Assembly (NCBI GenBank): GCA_035463715.1
Contig: DATHSY010000073.1
Location: 1 to 53,844 of the forward strand
DNA from: Actinomycetota bacterium
Lineage (GTDB): Bacteria; Actinomycetota; UBA4738; HRBIN12
Direction of reading: 5' to 3'
Length of the DNA: 53,844 nt
Part shown: positions 38,186 to 45,075 of the stretch, piece by piece
Layout: every line of letters begins with the position of its first letter
How positions within the stretch are numbered: position 1 is the first letter of the stretch
Position numbers and translations under genes: made by a program
The notes under the pieces: model-generated
Database searches by the model: none
The model's input: only the letters and a program-made list of their open reading frames with translations
Told to the model about the DNA's origin: nothing

Positions 38186-40635
38186 GCACGCGCGTCGACA
38201 CCGCACGGATCGCGGTCCGCAAGGTCCTCCGCGATGCGCGCGACAAGAACAAGTGGCGGAAGATCGTGCGGTTCCGGCTCTGGATGCCGGTCGTCCTCCA
38301 ACTGCTCCTGATCGTCGGGGTCGCGTGGTACACGACGACGCGCTTCCCCGGCTTCGTCAACACCGCGAACGTCACGAACACGCTGATCCTGGCGGCACCG
38401 CTCGCGATGGTCGCGATCGGTCAGACCCATGCGCTGCTGATCGGAGGCCTCGACCTGTCGGTCGGTGCGATGGTGACGTTCGGCGTCGTCGTCGCCTCGT
38501 TCCTGATCGGGCCGGAGTCGACGTCGTCGCACGTCCTGTTGGGTGTGGGCGCGATCCTCGGGTGCGGCGTGGCGCTCGGCCTGGTCAACGCCGGCCTCGT
38601 CGTCGGCCTCAAGATCCCGTCGATCATCGCAACGCTCGCGACGCTCAGCATCCTGAACGGCATCTCGCTCACGCTCCGCGGGACGCCCGGCGGGATCATC
38701 GACCGCGACTTCACGTCGTTGCTCCGGACGAGCATCGGGCCGGTGCCCGTGATCTTCATCGTCGTCCTGCTCGCCGCCGGCGCGCTCGACTACTGGCTGC
38801 ATGCGACGGGCTCCGGCCTGCAGCTGCGGTCGACCGGGTTCGACGAGCAGTCGGCGAAGCGGAGCGGCGTTCGGACCAAGTGGGTCCGCGCGCGCGCCTT
38901 CGTGCTCTCCTCGGTGTTCGCCGCCGTCGGCGCGTTCTTCGTGATGACGCGCTCGGGCATCGGCAACGCGCAGATCGGCGACGCGTACGCGCTCAGCAGC
39001 ATCACGGCGGCGGTGCTGGGCGGTGCCGCCCTGTCGGGCGGGCGGGCGACGTTCCTCGGGGCGCTCGTCGCATCGGTCCTTCTCGCGCTCATCATCAGCG
39101 CACTGCCGTTCCTCGGGCTGGGCGCCGAGCACGGGCTCATCATCATCGGCATCCTCGTCCTCCTCGGGATCGTGCTGTTCCAGGTCGGGGACCTGAAGGA
39201 GCTGGTCAAGAGGAACTACAAGCGGGCGCGGCGGGTCGTGATCGGGAGCCGGCCGCCGAAGACGGCCACGATCCCGGATCTGTATCCGGAGGAGCCGAAC
39301 TTCGGTGTGGCACCCACCGGCAGGACGCTGATCAAGGGCGGAACGATCCTCAGCCTGGATCCGAGGGTGGGTAACTTCCTGACCGGAGATGTCCTGATCG
39401 ACGGCGACCGGATCATCGACGTTCGCCCGGGGCTGCAGGTCGACGGCGCGGATGTGATCGACGCTGGCGGGATGATCGTGATGCCGGGGTTCGTCGACAC
39501 GCACCGGCACATCTGGGAGGGCCTGCTTCGGAACATCGGGACGGACGTGCCGCTCGAGGGCCGCTCCAGCTACATCTCATACGTCCTTCACAAGCTCGCG
39601 CCGGCGTACCGGCCCGAGGACGCGTACCTCGGCAACCTGATCTCGGCGCTGGGCGCCATCGACGCCGGCATCACGACGCTGCTCGACTGGTCCCACATCC
39701 AGGGGTCTCCCGCACACACGGACGCCGTGATCCAGGCCCTGGAAGACTCGGGTCTGCGGGCGGTCTTCGCGTACGGGTTCCCATGGTGGGGCAAGTGGGA
39801 GGAGCGCCAGCCAAGCTGGTTCGTCCGGGCGGCGAGCGAGCATTTCTCGACGAGGGACCAGAAGCTGACGCTCGCGCTGGCCGCTCCCGGTCCGGAGTTC
39901 ACCGATTTCGAGGTCTCGCGCGACCACTGGAAGCTCGCGCGCGAGACCGGCGCGCGGATCACGACCCACGTCGGCGTCGGGACCTACGGCAAGGACGGCA
40001 AGGTCCAGGAGATGGGCGAGGCGGGACTGCTCGGGGCCGACACGACGTACATCCACTGCACGACGCTGAACGACACGGAGATCCAGATGATCGTCGACAC
40101 CGGCGGCACGGTGTCCCTCGCCTCGCCGGTCGAGATGATGATGGGTCACGGCATGCCGCCGATCCAGAAGTTCCTGGACCGGGGGCTGCGTCCGAGCCTG
40201 AGCGTCGACGTCGAGACGAACGTGCCGGGCGACATGTTCAATCAGATGCGCTCGGTGCTCGCGCTCCAGCGGGCGAACGCGACCGCGGAGGGCAAGGCTC
40301 CGCTGACGGCGTCGGAGGTCCTGGCCTGCGCGACGATCGACGGTGCGAAGGCGAACGGGCTCGAGGCGACGATCGGAACGCTGACGCCGGGCAAGCAGGC
40401 CGACGTCATCGTGCTGCGTACGGACCGCATCAACGTCACGCCGCTCAACGACCCCTCCACGGCGGTCGTCACCGGGATGGACACCGGCAACGTCGATACG
40501 GTCCTGATCGCCGGACGGGTGATGAAGCGTCACGGCGAGCTGCTCCACGTCGACTGGCCGGCCGTGAAGCGGATGGTCGCCGAGTCACGCGATCACGTGC
40601 TCGCCAGATCCGGCTTCAAGCCCCCATCGATCTGA
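38182..40635 (+). CDS. in-frame fusion of CUT2 ABC permease B (N-terminal ~340 aa) with amidohydrolase B (C-terminal ~440 aa)
   Basis: The GTG at 38182 overlaps the ATPase stop (GTGA), and the frame stays open for 817 aa. Permease motifs are LIGGLDLSVGAMVTF and VLGGAALSGGRATF. A linker ...KRNYKRARRVVIGSRPPKTATIPDLYPEEPNFG follows. The amidohydrolase part has IVMPGFVDTHRHIW, ITTHVGVG, TYIHCTTL and SLSVDVETNVPGD. Confidence 0.8.
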   Translation: MSTRVDTARIAVRKVLRDARDKNKWRKIVRFRLWMPVVLQLLLIVGVAWYTTTRFPGFVNTANVTNTLILAAPLAMVAIGQTHALLIGGLDLSVGAMVTFGVVVASFLIGPESTSSHVLLGVGAILGCGVALGLVNAGLVVGLKIPSIIATLATLSILNGISLTLRGTPGGIIDRDFTSLLRTSIGPVPVIFIVVLLAAGALDYWLHATGSGLQLRSTGFDEQSAKRSGVRTKWVRARAFVLSSVFAAVGAFFVMTRSGIGNAQIGDAYALSSITAAVLGGAALSGGRATFLGALVASVLLALIISALPFLGLGAEHGLIIIGILVLLGIVLFQVGDLKELVKRNYKRARRVVIGSRPPKTATIPDLYPEEPNFGVAPTGRTLIKGGTILSLDPRVGNFLTGDVLIDGDRIIDVRPGLQVDGADVIDAGGMIVMPGFVDTHRHIWEGLLRNIGTDVPLEGRSSYISYVLHKLAPAYRPEDAYLGNLISALGAIDAGITTLLDWSHIQGSPAHTDAVIQALEDSGLRAVFAYGFPWWGKWEERQPSWFVRAASEHFSTRDQKLTLALAAPGPEFTDFEVSRDHWKLARETGARITTHVGVGTYGKDGKVQEMGEAGLLGADTTYIHCTTLNDTEIQMIVDTGGTVSLASPVEMMMGHGMPPIQKFLDRGLRPSLSVDVETNVPGDMFNQMRSVLALQRANATAEGKAPLTASEVLACATIDGAKANGLEATIGTLTPGKQADVIVLRTDRINVTPLNDPSTAVVTGMDTGNVDTVLIAGRVMKRHGELLHVDWPAVKRMVAESRDHVLARSGFKPPSI

Positions 40636-40912
40636 TCGAACCACCTGCGACGGCCGGCAGCAGCGACACCGTGTCGCCCTCCTTGACCGGCGTCTCGAGC
40701 GAGCCGAGGTAGCGCACGTCCTCGTCGTTCACGTAGACGTTGATGAACCGGTGCAGCGCGCCCTCATCGGAGACGACGTTCTTCGTGATGCCCGGGTAGC
40801 GGGACTCGAGGTCCTTCAGGAGCTCGCGAAGCGTGGACCCGTCGGCGTCGACGACGGGCTCGCCGCCGGCATGCTTGCGCAGGATCTGGGGCAGCTTGAC
40901 CTTGACGGACAT
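40616..40912 (-). CDS. cysO: MoaD/ThiS-family sulfur carrier protein (CysO-like) with a 7-aa extension beyond the GG terminus
   Basis: ATG at 40910-40912 follows AAGGAGAG. MSVKVKLPQILRKHAGG...HRFINVYVNDEDVRYLG...GDTVSLLPAVAGG closely resembles mycobacterial CysO and is then followed by SIRSMGA-stop. The last 20 nt overlap the convergent fusion gene. Confidence 0.8.
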   Translation of the reverse strand: MSVKVKLPQILRKHAGGEPVVDADGSTLRELLKDLESRYPGITKNVVSDEGALHRFINVYVNDEDVRYLGSLETPVKEGDTVSLLPAVAGGSIRSMGA

Positions 40913-40929
40913 CTCGGCTCGTCTCTCCT

Positions 40930-41751
40930 TCAGTTCGTCGTCGGCGTGATGCCGCAGAACGCGTCGTAGTCGATCAGCTCGGTTACGGTCGGCTCCTTGC
41001 CGCACACGGGGCAGTCGGCGTCCCACCGCACCTTCACGGTCGTGAAGTCCATCTCGAGGGCGTCGAAGATCAGCAGGCGCCCGATCAGCGGCTCGCCCAT
41101 CCCGGTGATCAGCTTGATCGCCTCGGTGGCCTGGATCGACCCGACGATCCCCGGCAGGACGCCGAACACGCCGCCCTCCGCGCACGAAGGAACCGTCCCG
41201 GGCGGCGGCGGCTGCGGGAACAGGCATCGGTAGCACGGCGCTTCCTGGCCCGGCATGAACACCGTGGCCTGCCCGTCGAACTGGTAGATCGAGCCGTACA
41301 CGAGGGGCTTGCCGAGGAACTGCGTCGCGTCGTTCACCAGGTAGCGCACGGGGAAGTTGTCGGTGCCGTCGACGATCACGTCCCACGGCTCCATGATCTC
41401 GAACGCGTTCTGCGAGGACAGGATCGTGTCGTACGGCACGACCTCGATCGTCGGGTTGAGCGCGCGCAGGTGATCGGCGGCGCTCTCGACCTTCGGGCGG
41501 CCGACGTCCGCGGTCGAATGGAGGATCTGGCGTTGCAGGTTGGATTCATCCACCGTGTCGAAGTCGAGGATCCCCAGCGTCCCGACGCCCGCCGCCGCGA
41601 GGTACATGGAGACCGGTGAGCCGAGGCCGCCGGCGCCGATCACGAGCACCTTGGAGTCGAGGAGCCTGCGCTGCCCCTGCCCGCCGATCCCGGGCAGGAT
41701 GATGTGGCGCGCGTAGCGCCGAACCTGCTCCTCGGTGAACGCGAAGCTCAC
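40930..41751 (-). CDS. MoeB/ThiF-type adenylyltransferase (E1-like), no rhodanese domain
   Basis: The GTG at 41749-41751 overlaps the mec stop (GTGA). YARHIILPGIGGQGQRRL, VIGAGGLGSP, two CxxC pairs (CYRC, CPVC) and SCAEGGV. 273 aa. Confidence 0.88.
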   Translation of the reverse strand: MSFAFTEEQVRRYARHIILPGIGGQGQRRLLDSKVLVIGAGGLGSPVSMYLAAAGVGTLGILDFDTVDESNLQRQILHSTADVGRPKVESAADHLRALNPTIEVVPYDTILSSQNAFEIMEPWDVIVDGTDNFPVRYLVNDATQFLGKPLVYGSIYQFDGQATVFMPGQEAPCYRCLFPQPPPPGTVPSCAEGGVFGVLPGIVGSIQATEAIKLITGMGEPLIGRLLIFDALEMDFTTVKVRWDADCPVCGKEPTVTELIDYDAFCGITPTTN

Positions 41752-42194
41752 GAGATCCTCAGCTCCTCCTCGGCGACCTCGCCGTCGACGATCCGGAACG
41801 CGCGCAGCACCGGGTGCTCGCGCTCCTCGAGCGACAGCAACAGGTACCGGATGTCGGGGTAGAACGGCTGCACCCACCCCGCCTGGCGCCGGTCGGTCTC
41901 GGACGGGTACGCCTCCGAGTGGGTGTGGGAGTGGTAGATCGCCCACAGCTCCAGACCCTCGTCCTCGATCCGCTGCGTGACGTCGAGCTGCTCCTTGGGG
42001 TCCAGCCGGTATGAGACGGGGCTCGCGTCGGCGTTCCGCATCACGAACACGCGCACGGGACGGCCCTGGTGCGCGGCGATCAGGCCGCAGCACTCGTTCG
42101 GGAACTCGCCCAGGCCGTGCCGTACGACCTCCTCGAACAGGGCGGCGTCGAACGCCACCGGGTCGATCGTCGATTCGGCCACGGGTTCAGGCAT
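41748..42194 (-). CDS. mec: Mec-type JAMM/MPN+ metalloprotease
   Basis: JAMM motif HSHTHSEAYPSETD plus the upstream ECCG glutamate. ATG at 42192-42194; a TTG at 42206 is also in frame. Confidence 0.85.
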   Translation of the reverse strand: MPEPVAESTIDPVAFDAALFEEVVRHGLGEFPNECCGLIAAHQGRPVRVFVMRNADASPVSYRLDPKEQLDVTQRIEDEGLELWAIYHSHTHSEAYPSETDRRQAGWVQPFYPDIRYLLLSLEEREHPVLRAFRIVDGEVAEEELRIS

Positions 42195-42211
42195 ATGCAG
42201 GTGCAAAACTC

Positions 42212-42227
42212 TACCAGCGCGCTGGTA
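42212..42227 (-). promoter_or_regulatory. perfect 16-bp palindrome TACCAGCGCGCTGGTA between selD and mec (operator or terminator-like hairpin)
   Basis: On the minus strand it is followed by GAGTTTTGC (short T-tract). It lies 18 nt upstream of the mec ATG. Confidence 0.4.
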
Positions 42228-42229
42228 TT

Positions 42230-42249
42230 CCCTGAACCGCCGTTCAGGG
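42230..42249 (-). other. 8-bp stem hairpin spanning the selD stop codon
   Basis: CCCTGAAC-cgcc-GTTCAGGG; the selD TGA (42244-42246) lies in the 3' arm. Confidence 0.35.
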
Positions 42250-43320
42250 ACCCGTGGGCCCGTCCGCGAGTCCGTCCGGCAGGCGGCCGCGGACCCGGAT
42301 CAGGCCGGGCTCACCGGCCACGGTCCGTCCCAGCCGGACCGCCCTCACCCCCCGCCCGGCGAGCGCCTGGGCCAGCCTGTCCCCGTCCGTCGCGACGATC
42401 AGCAGCCCGCCCGAGGTCTGCGCGTCGGCGAGCACCAGCTGCTCGGGATGCGTGAGGTCGCCGAAGTCGGTGTGGGGCGCTACGTACGCATGGTTCCGCT
42501 TGGTGCCCCCCGCGACGACGTCGGACCGCGCGAGGTCGAGCACGCCGGGCAGCAGCGGGATGGCGGCCGCGTCGAGGTCGGCCGCCACGCCGGACGCAAA
42601 GAGCATCCGGTGCAGATGGCCGAGCAGCCCGAACCCCGTGACGTCGGTCGCGGCCCCGACGCCGGCCTCGAGCATCGCAGCGGCCGCGGTGTCGTTCAGC
42701 GTCGTCATGACGTCCACGGCGACGGCGAGCTGCTCGTCGGTCGCAACGCCGCGTTTGACGGCGGTGGAGATCATCCCGAGCCCGATCGGCTTCGTGAGAT
42801 ACAGGTCCCTGTCCGGTGGAGCCGTCGAGTTGCGAACGACGCGGCCGGCTTCGGCGAGCCCGAGCGCCACCATCCCGTATTTCGGCTCGGGATCGGTGAT
42901 CGAATGTCCGCCCGCGACGGCAACGCCGGCCTTCGCCGCGACGTCGATCCCTCCCTGGAGCACCTGCCCGAGGAGCTCGATCGGCAGGTCGTCGACCGGC
43001 CAGTTCACGACGTTGAGCGCGAGGAACGGCGTCCCGCCCATCGCGTAGACGTCCGACAGCGCGTTCGTCGCCGCGATCCGCCCCCAGTCGTACGCGTCGT
43101 CGACGATCGGCGTGAAGAAGTCGAGGGTCGCGATCAGCGCACGACCGTCGGGCAGGGCGTACACGGCCGCGTCGTCGCCCGTATCGTTGCCCACGAGCAG
43201 GTCGCGGCTCGCCTGGGGCAGCGACAGCGTGCCGAGCAACTCCGTGAGTTGCTCGGGGCCGAGCTTGCAGCCACACCCGGCGCCGTGGCTGAAGCTGGTG
43301 AGTCGCCGCTCTTCCCCCAC
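42244..43320 (-). CDS. selD: selenide, water dikinase (selenophosphate synthetase), Cys-type
   Basis: N-terminus RLTSFSHGAGCGCKLGPEQL matches the SelD catalytic Cys/Lys loop. PurM-like fold motifs GNDTGDDAAV and AGGHSI. GTG start at 43318-43320. Confidence 0.88.
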   Translation of the reverse strand: MGEERRLTSFSHGAGCGCKLGPEQLTELLGTLSLPQASRDLLVGNDTGDDAAVYALPDGRALIATLDFFTPIVDDAYDWGRIAATNALSDVYAMGGTPFLALNVVNWPVDDLPIELLGQVLQGGIDVAAKAGVAVAGGHSITDPEPKYGMVALGLAEAGRVVRNSTAPPDRDLYLTKPIGLGMISTAVKRGVATDEQLAVAVDVMTTLNDTAAAAMLEAGVGAATDVTGFGLLGHLHRMLFASGVAADLDAAAIPLLPGVLDLARSDVVAGGTKRNHAYVAPHTDFGDLTHPEQLVLADAQTSGGLLIVATDGDRLAQALAGRGVRAVRLGRTVAGEPGLIRVRGRLPDGLADGPTGP

Positions 43321-43342
43321 CGTCCGAGGATACGCTTCGCCG

Positions 43343-44188
43343 ATGCGAACGGCGGTGGTGGGTCACACCGAGTGGATCGAGTTCGCGATCGTCGAGCACG
43401 TGCCGGTCGCGGGCGAGATCGTGCACTCGACCGACTGGTGGGAGGAACCGGCCGGCGGGGGAGCCGTCGCGGCCGTGCAGCTGCACAAGCTCTCGGGCGA
43501 CTGCCTGTTCTTCACGGCACTCGGGCGCGACGCCGTCGGCAAGCGCGCCCACCTCGAGCTCGAGACGCTCGGGCCCCGCGTCGAGGCCGCCCTCCGCCGC
43601 GAGCCGAGCCGGCGCGGCGTCACGTTCATCGACGCGAACGGCGAGCGCACGATCACGACGCTCGGCGAGCGCCTGCACCCGAGGATCGAGGACCCCCTGC
43701 CATGGGACGAGCTCACCGACATCGACGCGGTGTACGTCACGGCGGGCGACGGGGACGCCATCCGCGCGGCCCGCCGCGCGCGGGTCGTCGTGGCGACGAT
43801 CCGGATCATGGATCTGCTCGCGCGCGCGGATGTGCGGCTGGACGCCGTCGTTGGCAGCGGACGCGATCCGTCCGAACGCTTCGACCCCGCGGCGTTCTCG
43901 CACCCGCCGGGCCTCGTGGTGCTGACGGACGGCGCTCGGGGCGGCGTCTTCGCCACGCCGGACGGACGCAAGGGTCGCTTCGAGGCCGCCCCCCTGCCGG
44001 GCCCCCTCGTCGACACCTACGGCGGCGGCGACAGCTTCGCGGCCGGCTTGACGTTCGCGCTCGCCGGGGGGCTCGACGCTCCCGACGCCCTCGACCTCGC
44101 CGCCCGGTGTGGCGCCGCCTGCGTGGCCGGCCGCGGACCGTACTCGGGCCAGCTCACGGCCGACGGGCTCCGCCGTTCGACGGACTAA
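43343..44188 (+). CDS. PfkB-family carbohydrate/nucleoside kinase
   Basis: ATG at 43343 within ORF 43112..44188. The C-terminal DTYGGGDSFAAG motif is the PfkB signature. 281 aa. Only 22 nt separate it from the divergent selD. Confidence 0.8.
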   Translation: MRTAVVGHTEWIEFAIVEHVPVAGEIVHSTDWWEEPAGGGAVAAVQLHKLSGDCLFFTALGRDAVGKRAHLELETLGPRVEAALRREPSRRGVTFIDANGERTITTLGERLHPRIEDPLPWDELTDIDAVYVTAGDGDAIRAARRARVVVATIRIMDLLARADVRLDAVVGSGRDPSERFDPAAFSHPPGLVVLTDGARGGVFATPDGRKGRFEAAPLPGPLVDTYGGGDSFAAGLTFALAGGLDAPDALDLAARCGAACVAGRGPYSGQLTADGLRRSTD

Positions 44189-44239
44189 CGTCCCCGCCTC
44201 CCAGAGCCGATACCACCAGGACGCCCGAAGGAGGCTGCG

Positions 44240-45034
44240 TTGGAGGCGAACGCCTGCCGCTGGTGCGGCACCGAGATCGTGGACGGCGCCCAGAAGTGCT
44301 CCTCGTGCGGGGCGCGCGTCGCGCCTCTTGCCGGGGCGTCCGAAAACGACGCGACGGTGGAGCCGGCTCAGAGCTGGGCACCGCCGGTGGTCGTGGGAGC
44401 CCCCTCGGCACAGACCGCCGCCAGGGCCGCGCCGATCGTCTCCGAGGTCCCGCAACCGCCTCCCGGGCTGACGGCCGCGCCGACCTGGACCCCACCGCCG
44501 ACCGCAGCGCGAGCGGGCACGCACCCGCTCGTCTGGGTGATGATCGCGCTGGTCGCCGCGGTCGCGGCGTTCGCCACGACTCGGATGATGGGCGGCGGCC
44601 CCCTGACGTTCCCGGACAGCGTCCTCGGCCAGCCGAAGATGACCGGCCCGGAGATCGACGCGATCGTCGACACGTTCGAGGACACGCGGATCGGCGGTCA
44701 GACCTTCCGCGCCGCGTTCTACGGCTCGGGCACCCCGACGCTGATGATCGTCGTGGCCGACTCCTCCTCGCTGTCGAACCCCGAGGAGTCGTGGAGCGGC
44801 TTCGGCGGCGGGTTCGCATCGACGAGCGGCACCTCGGTCCAGCTCCAGGGCCAGGAGACCGCGACCATCGACGGCGTGAACTACATCTGCGCCCCGGTCA
44901 CCGACATGGCGTCGACCGTCTGCCAGTGGACCGACGACCGCACCACCGGATACGTCCTGGACTACACGGTCGGCGATGCGAAGGCAGGCATCTCGCGCGC
45001 ACAGAGCGTGTACGAGGTCGTCGTCACCGGGTAA
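44240..45034 (+). CDS. zinc-ribbon membrane protein, function unknown
   Basis: TTG at 44240 lies about 6 nt after GAAGGAGG. N-terminal CRWCG...CSSCG zinc ribbon, Pro/Ala linker, one TM (LVWVMIALVAAVAAFA), extracytoplasmic domain. Confidence 0.7.
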   Translation: MEANACRWCGTEIVDGAQKCSSCGARVAPLAGASENDATVEPAQSWAPPVVVGAPSAQTAARAAPIVSEVPQPPPGLTAAPTWTPPPTAARAGTHPLVWVMIALVAAVAAFATTRMMGGGPLTFPDSVLGQPKMTGPEIDAIVDTFEDTRIGGQTFRAAFYGSGTPTLMIVVADSSSLSNPEESWSGFGGGFASTSGTSVQLQGQETATIDGVNYICAPVTDMASTVCQWTDDRTTGYVLDYTVGDAKAGISRAQSVYEVVVTG

Positions 45035-45075
45035 ACGACCGCCGCCGGGACCGCGCGCAGCGTAGGCTCCGGCCG

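Noticed and set aside
24869-40640. Calling the accessory block a mobile genomic island
   Set aside because: No integrase, recombinase, transposase, tRNA attachment site, flanking direct repeats or obvious compositional shift could be seen. It is reported only as a synteny interruption, not as a mobile element.
42244-43320. Looked for in-frame TGA (selenocysteine) genes or SECIS-like hairpins that would explain selD
   Set aside because: All confident CDSs in the window are uninterrupted, and selD itself is the Cys form. No evidence for a selenoprotein gene here.
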